A stretch of DNA of 64,000 bases, taken from the IMG/VR virus record IMGVR_UViG_3300022173_000074, positions 1 through 64,000 of that record; one strand, written 5' to 3'. Below are positions 45,101 to 54,790 of this stretch, in pieces; the stretch's first letter is position 1, and each line of letters opens with the position of its first letter. The notes below the pieces were generated by a model that saw only the letters and a list, made by a program, of their open reading frames with translations, ran no database searches and was not told the origin of the DNA. This DNA comes from a virus. Position numbers and translations under genes: made by a program.

Positions 45101-46042
45101 GGACTTCCACGCTGCTTTCGCCGCATCTACTGCGGAGATTTGTTGACGCAAAGCGTTCGTCGCGGAGAGGGTTTGTTTTTCGATGCCGGTGCCGGCGCCG
45201 CTCTGCGCCGCGCGCTGTGCTTTCAGTGCTGCCGTTACTTGCGTGATCGCGGTAGCCGTGCGAGCGCTCTCAGCGGCGATCTCAGCTTCGGTCGCAGCAA
45301 CACCGCCTAGAGACGTTCCCACGTCCTTGGCTTCCGCCTTCAAGATTGACAATGCGCCGGAAGCTTTTTGAATATCTGCCGCTTGCTTATTGATCTGGAC
45401 AGAGAACTTTTCAACTTCAGCGTCAGCGCGCGCGACGTTGGCCGTAGTCGTGTTGATCTGTTTCGCATATGCCGCGATGTCGCGCTCCGTAGAGCGGATG
45501 ATCGTTTGCTGTTCTTTGATCGCAGCGTTGATCGCCGAAAGCTTCGCCGCGTCGGCATCGCCCAGGCTGGTCTTACCTGAGATGGTTCCGGCCAGCGTGG
45601 ATACATTGGCCGCGCTCTGCGCAGCGGGCTTCGCGTTCGACAGCTCTTGTAGTTTGGTCTTCGCGTTCGACAGAGCCTTCGCAGCCGCGTCGGCTTTGTC
45701 CTTGACCTCTTGCAGCGCCTTCGCTTCCGCGTTGGCCTTCTGCGCTGCCGTGCCGAACGCTTGCTGCGATCCGGCCAGCTCGCCCTTCATCTGGCCGATG
45801 GCAGACGAGAGCCGGTCCATGTCGGACGCCAGGCTTCGGAATGACGATAGGTTAGATTGCGTTTGCTTCAGCCGGTTCAGGGTTTGAACGAGGCTGTCGA
45901 GTGGGGAGCCTGCGGCGGCCGCCGCTTCAGCGGAGCCGGTAAGCTCCCCACGCATTTGTTTCAGCGCACTCGTGACGTTCTTCGCTACCTGGGACGTAGA
46001 GTCCTTGGCGTTAATGAGAAGATCGACTGTACGCTTAGCCAC
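42146..46042 (-). CDS. tail tape measure protein
   Basis: 1298 aa, Ala/Gln/Lys-rich coiled coil, central hydrophobic segment, position after chaperone gene. Confidence 0.8.
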   Translation of the reverse strand: MAKRTVDLLINAKDSTSQVAKNVTSALKQMRGELTGSAEAAAAAGSPLDSLVQTLNRLKQTQSNLSSFRSLASDMDRLSSAIGQMKGELAGSQQAFGTAAQKANAEAKALQEVKDKADAAAKALSNAKTKLQELSNAKPAAQSAANVSTLAGTISGKTSLGDADAAKLSAINAAIKEQQTIIRSTERDIAAYAKQINTTTANVARADAEVEKFSVQINKQAADIQKASGALSILKAEAKDVGTSLGGVAATEAEIAAESARTATAITQVTAALKAQRAAQSGAGTGIEKQTLSATNALRQQISAVDAAKAAWKSAEDEAARLATAIRGIANPTEELKAQTALAVVAAQNAKKSYQDQVATLGNLRTSIRANIDARKEQIATDQRAAAAAQAQAQTSARLVELQAAAAIRSKAAVDAYNKSLVGMIRNFVGLKSPAEQAAAAINKATTAAIAGQGKGISKEAQFQRTQNLAFQLNDIATQLASGTSLTRTLGQQAGQIAQLSPTFNKVLVSLLSIRGLLIGGGLAALFAPLISAMLRLKDAADNAKTFELSLITAGRQADATGQQLAGIAQRLDDVGGSMKDAVASEKEFLSAGIAVDHFEQLGIAAQNLARATGIEVPEAAAKLATALSGGAAEVTALDKQLNFLTASERAQIAVLDENTDATTRLSREAEIRKIAEAAILRQNDEIAAKSRGPWGDALRSLTGLWAELTRTIADTGALQAIGGFFDELAGKIKNSADQMRLFIATLRNGGNQAKALAEIQGQDKARAGGDPLDANSPAGIRAAEEKAKKERLFAREVERSNKARQFEIEISKKSKADQAGLRAGMDLVNKARAEGVVLSLDQINKTIALAKAEELAKQGSRDRISDGKKAENAQRTFNAELQKTIDLRFKEAALVGKPEREKAVQGAVDQATERAQQKGLQLSKAQEEAVRKSAETLFDANEAESFRNTILQQQIELRRLQRQETTVDDQIHNEALLANIDRTTKAGKAWEEARRPVIQMNNDLDALNKKQDELAATIAKIRDGERDIKTARQDGETQKQLAERRAALDAESIKAKQLQAEIITAGETLGPAFQDVVDKAKAANVEIRIMRDEVLSTAQANNMLAEGLTGATLGAADAIGAAIEGTKSWGEALGDVGTAFQQFAADFLRQIAQMIIQALILRAIQSSGAGGFISGIANGLGIGGKHNGGILGRTTDQRVHGVNPAVFANAARFHGGGMVGGLKPNEVPIIAQKGEEVLTADNPRHAANGGGAKGDVKIVNAIDSGSFVSAGLSTKTGQAAIMNFITANRQQINGALQ

Positions 46043-46249
46043 GGCTTTATTCCTTTCGCAGCGACTTGATCGTAGCTTTGAAGTGCTTCGCGCCGTCTGC
46101 GGAGACGGCTGACGCGATTGCAGCCTGGATCAATATTGCTTCGGTAACGAGGGTCTGGTTCAACCGCCTTACCACAATATTTTTCTCTGACAAAATCGCG
46201 TGCAGCGGCCAGCGGTTAGCCTCTGGATACCCGGAGGCTTTGAGCAGGC

Positions 46250-46792
46250 TTACGCTTTCGCGGATGCCAGTGAGCCAGCGGACGAACGTAAGAGGTTCTC
46301 GTAGAGATCGTTGGCCCCGTTCGTCATCTTCAGCACCATCTCTAAGAACTCCCCCGGCGTTGTGTCAACGAACGTCAAGTTCGCGACCTCTTCGATAATT
46401 CGAAGCTGAGTGGGGAAGGGTAGCCGGCTCGCCATGGTATAGCCGTCGTGCGAGTCTTCCGCGTCGGCGGCGAGCTGGATGATGTCGCCGATTATAGACG
46501 GGGCTTGATCCGCCACGAGGCCTACGATCTCTGCCGTGCTGTCGAGATTGATCTCTTTCTTGCCGGAGATCACGCCATCGAAGGTTGCCGCCAGAACGGT
46601 GCCGTGGAGGCGTACGAGGCGCATAATGTCTTCGGAGCCAAGGCCCCGAACCGTTACGAACTTGGCTTCGGTCGCAGGCGTTTCGCCTTTGGCCGGGCGG
46701 GCTTTCCGAACCAGCACTTCGCTGGTTTCGAAACCGAGGTCTGTCAATTTCATATGATGGGGTGTCCTTCTGGGTTGCAGCCCGACTCCCAT
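46250..46792 (-). CDS. tail assembly chaperone (G-like)
   Basis: Position between major tail and tape measure; no convincing slippery site found for a GT frameshift. Confidence 0.45.
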   Translation of the reverse strand: MGVGLQPRRTPHHMKLTDLGFETSEVLVRKARPAKGETPATEAKFVTVRGLGSEDIMRLVRLHGTVLAATFDGVISGKKEINLDSTAEIVGLVADQAPSIIGDIIQLAADAEDSHDGYTMASRLPFPTQLRIIEEVANLTFVDTTPGEFLEMVLKMTNGANDLYENLLRSSAGSLASAKA

Positions 46793-46874
46793 ATCTCAGC
46801 CGCCGGTGAAAAGCAAATCGGCCCCGGATTGCTCCGAGGCCGATCTGTTTTGCTGCAACCCAGGGACGGGTTTA

Positions 46875-47708
46875 TTAGCCGGGGCGGCCGTCCACGAGGA
46901 TGGCTGGACGGGTCGGCAATTTGAGGACTTCAAGGTTGAACGGAATGACGTTCCAGTCATCGCCCTTCAAGTTGTAGTCACCGTTTGGCGAGATTTTCAC
47001 ATACGCCAGATAGATGTTGCTGTTCTTTCCGACTGGGTTGTCCGCGATGTAGCGGAGGGCGCCAGCGACCGGCGAAGAACCGGAGATCACGCGCTCGAAG
47101 GTCGAAGCCTTCACGGTGTAGGCAACGGTGAAGAGCGAGTCTTCGGTGATTGCCGAACCGGCTGGGACGTAGAGGCGGCCCAGCGCGTAATCCATTTCGT
47201 AGTCAGTGCCAGCAACCAAGGTCGCGCCGGCGCCGGAGTTCGAAGACGTTTCGTCGCCAGCCGTGACTACAACGCCGACAGCCGCCGAGTTTGAGTCTGC
47301 GTCGGCGCCCAGGATGTTGACCGCGCCCGCAGGACGCGCATCGCTGATGCCGAGCTGGTAGTAGAGGCCTTGTTCGCCAGCCGTGAAGACTTCTTCTTCA
47401 ACGCTGCCCGCGTCCGACACGGTTTCGAACGAACCGAAGAAGAACATGGCGAGGTTTCGGATGTCGATATTATCGCAGGTGACTTGGCCGGTGCGGTTGA
47501 CTTGAAGGGTGATCGACTCGTCCTTCTCTTTGATGCCCGCGTCCGAATTGAAGTGGTCCAGGGTGTCTTGCGAGATGGTCAGCGACATCTCCGGCGTGTT
47601 GCCGATGTAGCGCTCAGGGCCGGGAATTTTGTTCACCGCATCGGTGAAGGCAGCAAAGTAAACTTTACCGCGACCGAGGACATAGTTCGGTTCTTGGGAC
47701 ACAGCCAT
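46875..47708 (-). CDS. major tail protein
   Basis: 277 aa, position upstream of chaperone/TMP. Confidence 0.55.
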   Translation of the reverse strand: MAVSQEPNYVLGRGKVYFAAFTDAVNKIPGPERYIGNTPEMSLTISQDTLDHFNSDAGIKEKDESITLQVNRTGQVTCDNIDIRNLAMFFFGSFETVSDAGSVEEEVFTAGEQGLYYQLGISDARPAGAVNILGADADSNSAAVGVVVTAGDETSSNSGAGATLVAGTDYEMDYALGRLYVPAGSAITEDSLFTVAYTVKASTFERVISGSSPVAGALRYIADNPVGKNSNIYLAYVKISPNGDYNLKGDDWNVIPFNLEVLKLPTRPAILVDGRPG

Positions 47709-47798
47709 GTTCGACTCCTTTGGTTCGAAGGGCTTTAGCGCCCGACTTGAATAGTAGAGGGATGGATACGACGCTCAAACTGAGAAAGCAATACCGTT

Positions 47799-48341
47799 TT
47801 AACCGTACGGCTTTTCCAGGTTTTCCGCTACATTCAACGTAATCGTCAGCCAGAAATATGCTTTGGCCGACGTTTCGTCAGGCGGGCGGACGATAGGCAC
47901 GCCGATCTGGAAGCCGGTCACGGCCTTCTCGCCGAACAACGGATTGATGACGCGGCCCTTTGTTTTCATTTCCTGAACGGCCCGCGTGCGCTCGCGGCTG
48001 AGAGCCATGACCACGTCGGCGGCCAGAGCGTAGGCCGGATCGGTCGGATGGATACGGTCGTCTTTGCAGAAGCCTTGGATCGCAAGGTCCCAGTCGCCAT
48101 GGCGCGCGGGGTTCTCTGGTGGGGATGGAATCTGGTCGGGAGGAATGGGGTTTTCCAGGATCGCCACCATAGGGAGCGGGTCGCTGTCGCCGAAGATGTT
48201 GCGGCCCCGGAAGACCGCGTTCTGTAGGCTGACCGTGTAGCCGGTCGCTTGACTGTTGGAGTCTTCAGGCCGGATCGCTTCGATGATCGCGGTCAAGTTC
48301 TTCAGAATGCGGAGTCGGGTCGGATCAGCCATATCAAACAT
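47799..48341 (-). CDS. tail terminator / neck protein
   Basis: Position in head-tail connector block. Confidence 0.4.
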   Translation of the reverse strand: MFDMADPTRLRILKNLTAIIEAIRPEDSNSQATGYTVSLQNAVFRGRNIFGDSDPLPMVAILENPIPPDQIPSPPENPARHGDWDLAIQGFCKDDRIHPTDPAYALAADVVMALSRERTRAVQEMKTKGRVINPLFGEKAVTGFQIGVPIVRPPDETSAKAYFWLTITLNVAENLEKPYG

Positions 48342-48924
48342 CCAATTTCAGTTGCCGGAGGAATTCCGATTCGAGGTTGGTTACAACATCGTCTTCGATC
48401 TGGGTCCAGATGCCCCCGCCAGACGCGCCCAAGAGGCCCTGAGCCACAGACGGTCCATACAGGCTCCAAAGTCCCTTGCCAATAGCACGAGGCTTGTAGG
48501 CCCCCCGAGGGCGCACCGGCGAGCGGATTGCCAGGATCGTGTTCTTGCCTTCGCTGGTGCCGGTGCTGACGCCCAGAAGGAACGCGCCGGGCAGAGTGGC
48601 GCCGGAGCCTGGCTTGACCGATACCCGCACGCCGGTCTTCTTCGACGAAGAGCTGACGAAGCGGGCCAAGGATCGCGGCCGGCTTTCAGCTTGCAGCTTG
48701 GCTACCAGATGGGACGGGGCTGATTTGGTCAGTTCGATCTTGCCGTCCGCGCCGGAGAGGTAGCGGGATGGGAAGTTCAATTGCTGTCGCAACAGCTTCG
48801 CGGATTGGGTCCGGGCTTTTTCTGCGGCGCGGTTCAGCGCGCGGCTCGCGGCGACCGGGATACGCTCGAAGAATTCGGCGTAGTCGTCCAGGTTCGTCAG
48901 GCCTTCGATGGTTACGGTGAACAT
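48334..48924 (-). CDS. head-tail connector / tail completion protein
   Basis: Position. Confidence 0.4.
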   Translation of the reverse strand: MFTVTIEGLTNLDDYAEFFERIPVAASRALNRAAEKARTQSAKLLRQQLNFPSRYLSGADGKIELTKSAPSHLVAKLQAESRPRSLARFVSSSSKKTGVRVSVKPGSGATLPGAFLLGVSTGTSEGKNTILAIRSPVRPRGAYKPRAIGKGLWSLYGPSVAQGLLGASGGGIWTQIEDDVVTNLESEFLRQLKLDV

Positions 48925-49322
48925 CAGACGGGCAGCGGCAGACCGGCGGCATCCGCCGCGTCGAGTCGGATGATGTTGACTGTGATCGTTTCGATGTCGT
49001 GCGGATGCACAACGTCAATCGAGTATGCTTCGCCGGATGACACGGAAAGGATTTGATTGCGCGCCAAGGTGACGCCCGCGTCGATCAGCTCTTGCTTCCA
49101 GAAGATCGCCTTCGGAACCGGCTCATATCGCTCTGCGGAATTCAGGCTGGTGCCTGCTTGATCGCCCAGTGGCATCTCGCGGTTGTGGATGCGGGCGTGA
49201 ACTTGCGGCAGATGTTCGCCGCTGTTGGAGTCGTAAGGGATCGTGGCGAGAACAAGCAGAGCCACTTTCATCGTCTGATGGACGATGTCTCGTGCCGCCG
49301 CTTTCTGTTCCCGCCACGTCAT
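48924..49322 (-). CDS. head-tail adaptor / head closure protein
   Basis: Position. Confidence 0.4.
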   Translation of the reverse strand: MTWREQKAAARDIVHQTMKVALLVLATIPYDSNSGEHLPQVHARIHNREMPLGDQAGTSLNSAERYEPVPKAIFWKQELIDAGVTLARNQILSVSSGEAYSIDVVHPHDIETITVNIIRLDAADAAGLPLPV

Positions 49323-49325
49323 CTC

Positions 49326-49748
49326 TTAGTCCTCGCCTTCTTCGTCTCCATCCGGCTTGGACGAGACTACCTTGTAGCTCTTGCCGTCAGCGCCGACTTC
49401 CGCTTCCTTGCGGCCGCCGGTGCCCAAGAGTTGTTCGCGAGAGCGAGCGGTCTTGGCCTTGCGGGTTTCAGGCTTGTCGTCGTCGGAAGACGTTTGCTTC
49501 GCCTCCGGCTTCTTTTTGTTGGCGAGTTCGGCGGCACGGTGCTGCATCGAACGGCCCCAAGGCGCTGAAGGGTTTTCATCGTCCTTCTTACCGGCGCGAA
49601 CAGCCGCCGGGAACACGCCTTGCTTTTCGGTCAGAAGCTTTTTGTTCGCTTCCGTATCTGCCACTTCGCCGGTCTGGCTCGGTTCCAAACGAATCGTTTG
49701 GCCCTTGGGGTTCTTCGCGACGATGGTGTGGTTTGCAGTGATCTTCAT
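49326..49748 (-). CDS. Lys-rich hypothetical virion-associated protein
   Basis: ORF directly after capsid gene. Confidence 0.4.
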   Translation of the reverse strand: MKITANHTIVAKNPKGQTIRLEPSQTGEVADTEANKKLLTEKQGVFPAAVRAGKKDDENPSAPWGRSMQHRAAELANKKKPEAKQTSSDDDKPETRKAKTARSREQLLGTGGRKEAEVGADGKSYKVVSSKPDGDEEGED

Positions 49749-49887
49749 AGGTACTTCCCTCTATTGCTGCCGGGTCCATCGGCAAACGGGTTATGGCGCA
49801 CTTCGGTTCCCGAGTCCATCCAAACGAAAAGGCCGCCCATTGCTGGACGGCCTCTCGTAAGTCACTCCCTTTCGGGCGGCCGAGTTC

Positions 49888-50973
49888 TTACGAACCGGCT
49901 GAGTTGGAGTCCTCTTCCACAACGCGAGCGCGCAGAGTGCGGTTCGGGTTGACCAGGACGGCGAGAGGCGCCGACTGGTGCATGATGTGGATCGCGGAAG
50001 GGTCTTCGTTCTTCCACATCTTTGGGAACACTGGGATGGCTTGCAAGTCTGCGTCGTGATCCATGATCGCGCCGTAGGCCATGACGCCGCCGACGTTGCC
50101 CGTGGTGAGCAAGATGTCTCGCGAGTTCATGTAATCGACTTGGTTGCCGGCGTTGTCTTCGTAGAAATCGTTGTAGAGAACGATTTCCAGGCCGGAGACG
50201 GTGCCGAGACGTTTGAACTCTGCGTTCGGAGCGCCGACAGTCGGGATCAAGCCGCGTGGCAGATCAACGTCGGAGTTCTTCACGGTCAAGTCCATCAGCT
50301 TCAGCAAGCCTTCGTTCTTTTGCATGACGGCCCACACGTCACGACCGATGGTCATGCGGGAAGTGATGCCGCCGAACGGGGCGCGCGACTGACGGTCGAT
50401 GAAGTTTTGGATGTCACCGAGGATGTCATAGGAGTCCGTCCAGAGGTCGGTCGTCTTCGTGATCGACAGGGTAGCGTCCCGGTCGAAGAGCACGTTGACG
50501 GAAGGACCGTCCAGGAAGTCTACGGAGTAGCCGCCGTAGAGCATCGCCTGAGACGCCATCCACTCAAGCCGGCGTTCGATGACCGACTTGTGTTTTTGGG
50601 TGATCGCGGCAATTTCCGCATCGCGGTTTTGCTGCGGGGTCTTTGGCGCCGCATCGTACAGGTTGCCCGGACGCCGGGTGAACTGTTCTTGTGGCACGAC
50701 TGGATCGCGTGGCTTCACGTACGCGGGCTTGAAGCTCTTCGCCGCAGAACCTTTGCGCTTGTAGACCGGGCGGCCCACGTTCGTCGGCAAGATGAACGGA
50801 GCGATTTCACGGCCAGCCGGAGCCAGCTTTTCGAAGAGGATTTCTTCGCCGGTGAACTGGACGACATTCGAGTCGAAGCCGCCCAGATTGCGGAAGTAGT
50901 TCGACTCCGCGTCGAAGCGGGTGTCCGCATAGACGCCGAGCAGGACGCGGGAAGGAACGATTTCTAGTGCCAT
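49888..50973 (-). CDS. major capsid protein
   Basis: 361 aa, lambda E-like position after protease and decoration genes; C-terminus EEDSNSAGS. Confidence 0.7.
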   Translation of the reverse strand: MALEIVPSRVLLGVYADTRFDAESNYFRNLGGFDSNVVQFTGEEILFEKLAPAGREIAPFILPTNVGRPVYKRKGSAAKSFKPAYVKPRDPVVPQEQFTRRPGNLYDAAPKTPQQNRDAEIAAITQKHKSVIERRLEWMASQAMLYGGYSVDFLDGPSVNVLFDRDATLSITKTTDLWTDSYDILGDIQNFIDRQSRAPFGGITSRMTIGRDVWAVMQKNEGLLKLMDLTVKNSDVDLPRGLIPTVGAPNAEFKRLGTVSGLEIVLYNDFYEDNAGNQVDYMNSRDILLTTGNVGGVMAYGAIMDHDADLQAIPVFPKMWKNEDPSAIHIMHQSAPLAVLVNPNRTLRARVVEEDSNSAGS

Positions 50974-51018
50974 TTTGATAGTCTCCTATTCGGCGTTTCA
51001 GTTTCGGTCTAAGGCGTC

Positions 51019-51477
51019 TTAGCCTTGGATCGGAGGGGTTGCGGTTTGGATCACGTCCACGTTAAGCGGCGTGCGATCCAGGGCGGCTTGCAGGGTCGGC
51101 AAGGTCCACGAACCATGCTTGTTCAGTTCGTCGAAGTTGAAGACGCCGTCTGGGTAGAAGGCAACGTCCACAACGTCCGCACCGGCGAGCGAGTTGGAGT
51201 CAACCAGACCCGAGTTGGAGTCATCGTTGACAACCGCGTGCGTGGTCACGCCGACTGGGAGCTGCGAGCCGTCTGCGGCGGCTGGGTCCGAGAGGACCAA
51301 GAGCTGCGTGCCGGTAACGCGACCGACCAACGAATAGACCGGGAGGTCCGACGTGGTCTTGCCGTAACGGGTCATCGTCGGTGCTTGACCGGCGAGGATC
51401 GTGTTTTTCTGCGTATAGGTTTCGCTCGCCGTGGCCGGGAGGCCGGGAGTGCCATTGTAAGAACCGACTTGAACCAT
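51019..51477 (-). CDS. head decoration protein (gpD-like position)
   Basis: 152 aa between protease/scaffold and capsid. Confidence 0.45.
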   Translation of the reverse strand: MVQVGSYNGTPGLPATASETYTQKNTILAGQAPTMTRYGKTTSDLPVYSLVGRVTGTQLLVLSDPAAADGSQLPVGVTTHAVVNDDSNSGLVDSNSLAGADVVDVAFYPDGVFNFDELNKHGSWTLPTLQAALDRTPLNVDVIQTATPPIQG

Positions 51478-51516
51478 TTTTATTCTCCTACTTCAGGGTT
51501 GACGGGGCGCTGGCGC

Positions 51517-52818
51517 TTAGGCTTTTGCGCCGAAGCGCGCCGACGTGATGCGATCAACCCAAGCTTGGTCTTTTTGCTCTTGGGTCAGTTCTACGCCTTG
51601 GCCTTCGGAGCCAGCGGCGCCGGGACCGGCTTGGACGCCGTCAAGAGCCGCGACCATCGCGGGATTGCCAGCGTTCGTGGCGGGGGCTTTCGTTTCCTTC
51701 GGCATGGAGGCCAAGACTGCTTTCGCGTCTTCGACCGACATGCTGGAATTTTCAGCGAGAGCGGCGGCGGCGAGAGGGCGATCCTTCGCTTCGTCGCAAG
51801 CTTTGATGCCTTTGACGCGGGCGCGTTCGGCGGTCACTGCGGCGGAAGCTGCCGTAGTGGAAGCTTCGGTGCGGGCGGCGGCAACAGCGGCGTCCACGTC
51901 TTTTTGCTCAATAGCCATTAGATGATCCTTCTCTTCGTTGTCGCCAAATAGGCATGAACTAAAATCTGCCAGAGCCTCGTCTAGCGCTCCGACTTTATCC
52001 GCTAGACCATTTTCCAGCGCTTGTGAAGACCCAAACGTGAGGGCTTCCGTTTTACGCACGGCCTTCTCGTCCATCTTCCGGTTGCGGGCAACCGCCGCAC
52101 AAAAGACTCCGTACGTTTCGTCCAGGCGTTCTTGGATGCGATCCTTCGCTGCCGGTGACAGCGCTTGGAAGCCATTACCATCTACTTTGTGCTTGCCTGC
52201 GTAGATCAAAGTGACCGCAATACCCGCTTGTTCCAAGGCTTTTTCCTGGGAAACGTGCATCGTCATTACACCGATAGAGCCGACGCCGCCGGTCTTCGAC
52301 ATGGTGATCCGAGCGGCAGACGACGCCAGCGCGTAGGCTGCGGAGTAAGCGTGCTCGTGGGCGAAGGCCGCTATGGGCTTCTCGCTGCGGGCTGAAAAAA
52401 TTTTGTCGGCGAGTTCGAAACAACCTGCGACGTGGCCGCCGGGAGAGTCACAAACCAGCGCGATCCCGCGCACGTTGCCGTCATTCAGGCCGCGCTCCAT
52501 GCACTTCTGGATGTAGTAATAGCCGGTCGCGTACGAGCCGACTGCAAACGGGAAGTTGTTCAGAAGAACGCCTTTGACCGGGATTTGCAATATGCCGTCC
52601 TTGACGACATAGGGCTTGTACGAAGCCTGCCAGCTATCGGAAGCCGGCCAGAAATCGTCCTGCATAAAAGTGTCCGACGCCGCCATCATGTCGCCGGAGT
52701 GCTTGTGGTTCGCGAGCGCGCGAAGCGCCGTGGTGACACGATCCATGTTTTCAGGCGCGACCAGAACGGTGCCGCCATCTTGGCCGGCGATGAAGTTGGC
52801 GAGGATCGCGTCAAACAT
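51517..52818 (-). CDS. S49/ClpP-type prohead protease fused to scaffold domain
   Basis: IALVCDSPGGHVAGCFELADKI and GVMTMHVSQEKALE resemble SppA/ClpP-family phage protease; Ala-rich C-terminal coiled coil; start at MFDAIL one nt after portal stop. Confidence 0.65.
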   Translation of the reverse strand: MFDAILANFIAGQDGGTVLVAPENMDRVTTALRALANHKHSGDMMAASDTFMQDDFWPASDSWQASYKPYVVKDGILQIPVKGVLLNNFPFAVGSYATGYYYIQKCMERGLNDGNVRGIALVCDSPGGHVAGCFELADKIFSARSEKPIAAFAHEHAYSAAYALASSAARITMSKTGGVGSIGVMTMHVSQEKALEQAGIAVTLIYAGKHKVDGNGFQALSPAAKDRIQERLDETYGVFCAAVARNRKMDEKAVRKTEALTFGSSQALENGLADKVGALDEALADFSSCLFGDNEEKDHLMAIEQKDVDAAVAAARTEASTTAASAAVTAERARVKGIKACDEAKDRPLAAAALAENSSMSVEDAKAVLASMPKETKAPATNAGNPAMVAALDGVQAGPGAAGSEGQGVELTQEQKDQAWVDRITSARFGAKA

Positions 52819-52819
52819 C

Positions 52820-54511
52820 TTATTCGTCCTTCGGTTGTTTCGGGTCTTTGGCCTTGCCGGTCGTGGCATTGTCCATGTTCTTTTGCGCATTAGGATCGAT
52901 TGGAGTCAATCCCAGAGCGTCGATGGCCTTCTTCTCGCGAGCAAGCTGTTTCAACACCGCACGCCAGTCTTTTCCGAGCTTGCCGAGTTCGTCTTCCAGT
53001 GTGCCCAAGTTCTTTTCGACGCGCATGGCTGCAGCCTGCGTTTCTTTGAGTTCGTCGATCTGACCGCGTGACGCGCCGAGCCAATCGCATTTAGTGAAGG
53101 CATCTCGGTTCAGGCCTTCGTAGAAATCAGGGCGGCCTTTCATAGTTTCGAGCTGGCCTTTTATAATCATCTCTTCGAACCACAGACGATAGATGTGCGA
53201 GCCGAAACGATCCGCCACCATCTTCTTCCGCGAGAGCATGAACCGGCCCGTCTGGACGGTGCCCGCGCGCATGGAAGAGTAGTTCGCGTGCGAGTAATCG
53301 CGCGAAAGTTCTTCGTAGGAAACGCCGAGATCGGCAGCGATATAACGGATCAAAGACGCTTCGAACTCTGTGTTGATTCCGCCGCCCGCTCCGGCTGGCC
53401 GAAGCTGAAGCTTCTGGCCTGGGAACAGGTGCGGGATACGAACGCCGTTCATGGTCAGCGACTTCGCGCCGCCGGAATACTCGCCTACAGCGCCGAGATA
53501 GTCTTGGGCATACGAGATAAGGTCTTCGTCATCTCCGCCGCCGAGCGCGGCATAAGCCTGGCTTGGTAGATCAGCTTCGATAGACGCCGCGAAGGTCGCG
53601 TTGACGACCGCGTTCTCTAGCTGGATTTCGCGGAACTGTTTTGTCGTCTTCATTTCCTTCAAGGCATGCACGAGTTCGGAGATGCCTCGCGTCTGATCGA
53701 CGCGGGCTTGTTCGAAAAGGTGGATGACGCGCGTGCGGCCCGTGCGAAGCCGCGCGGGATACTCCGTCCATTTCCAGCTATCCGGGCCGGTCGAAAGATC
53801 GGACGGATGGCTGTTGCGAATGAAATAAGATTGCGGGGCACCGTACTTGTTCCGGCGCACACCGGCGCGGACGTTCTGATCGTTGACTTGCCACATCGGA
53901 TTACCGAGGCGCTCGCCTTCGATCATCTGAATGCAAGTGTTGTAGGGCCGCGAGTTGTCGCGGTCCCATTCAGCCGTCGCGAGGACTTCACCGCTGGCGA
54001 GGTAGACGCCCACCGCGAGACGGACAAGGCCGGTCAAGGTGTTCATGCGCGAAGCATCCGGCCAGTTGTCCAAGCTCTCAGCCCATAGGGTGAATTTGCT
54101 TTCGACTTCTTCCTGGAATTCCTCTTCCCATTTTTCGTCTTTGATGCCGAGCGCTTCGGTGTCGGGCTTCGCGTTCAGCAAGAACATGGCGCCGACGACA
54201 CCGTCACGGTGCAGGATTTCGCCCGCGTGCGCGTAGGCATCGTTGCGCATCATGTCGCGAGCGCGGCCTGTAGCGGCATCTCGATTATCGAGGATGTCCG
54301 CGTCAGCGGAGCGCAGCGGCGGATGCCACAGCGCTAGTTCGCGAGAGCGAAGAGACGCACCTTCGTACGGCTCTCCTACAATCGCCATATCGCCTCCCCG
54401 GCCAGCGCGAGAGGGACCGCGCGCCAGCCGGGGTTTACCAGCGTCAGCGGGTTCCGCGACACCGATAAGATCGTCCAAAGTGCGTTGACGTTGAACCTTC
54501 ATTTGTACCAA
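52820..54511 (-). CDS. portal protein
   Basis: 563 aa between gpW-like and protease. Confidence 0.65.
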   Translation of the reverse strand: MVQMKVQRQRTLDDLIGVAEPADAGKPRLARGPSRAGRGGDMAIVGEPYEGASLRSRELALWHPPLRSADADILDNRDAATGRARDMMRNDAYAHAGEILHRDGVVGAMFLLNAKPDTEALGIKDEKWEEEFQEEVESKFTLWAESLDNWPDASRMNTLTGLVRLAVGVYLASGEVLATAEWDRDNSRPYNTCIQMIEGERLGNPMWQVNDQNVRAGVRRNKYGAPQSYFIRNSHPSDLSTGPDSWKWTEYPARLRTGRTRVIHLFEQARVDQTRGISELVHALKEMKTTKQFREIQLENAVVNATFAASIEADLPSQAYAALGGGDDEDLISYAQDYLGAVGEYSGGAKSLTMNGVRIPHLFPGQKLQLRPAGAGGGINTEFEASLIRYIAADLGVSYEELSRDYSHANYSSMRAGTVQTGRFMLSRKKMVADRFGSHIYRLWFEEMIIKGQLETMKGRPDFYEGLNRDAFTKCDWLGASRGQIDELKETQAAAMRVEKNLGTLEDELGKLGKDWRAVLKQLAREKKAIDALGLTPIDPNAQKNMDNATTGKAKDPKQPKDE

Positions 54512-54717
54512 ACTTTCATCGGGCCGCGATTGACATTTGTGCCGGCGAGTTCAGCTTCGAGGTCGGCAATGTAGAGCGCGAGCTTGCTGATATTGACCGC
54601 GTTGAACTCCACTCGTTCGCCGTTTTGGTCCACGACGACCTTAGCCTGAGTGCCTGTAAGCACCGCATGGTAGGCCGCTTTTGCCGCGTCAAGACGCTGT
54701 TGGAGTGTAAGTGCCAT
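54499..54717 (-). CDS. gpW-like head-tail joining protein
   Basis: 72 aa between terL and portal, as in lambda. Confidence 0.5.
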   Translation of the reverse strand: MALTLQQRLDAAKAAYHAVLTGTQAKVVVDQNGERVEFNAVNISKLALYIADLEAELAGTNVNRGPMKVWYK

Positions 54718-54790
54718 GGTTCAGGGTTCCCTCGCGGCGGCCGGATTAAGCCCCAGCATTAACCGAGGAATACTGAAAAGACAACGGGTC

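Noticed and set aside
42305-45887. Multiple + strand ORFs (up to 248 aa) inside the tape measure gene
   Set aside because: Antisense to a 1298-aa coiled-coil gene, with Ala/Arg/Ser-rich junk composition.
46043-46250. Programmed -1 frameshift extension of the tail chaperone (G/GT)
   Set aside because: No convincing slippery heptamer and only short extensions in either shifted frame. Left unresolved.
49978-51921. Long + strand ORFs (329 aa and 298 aa) opposite the capsid and decoration genes
   Set aside because: Antisense to the well-supported structural genes.
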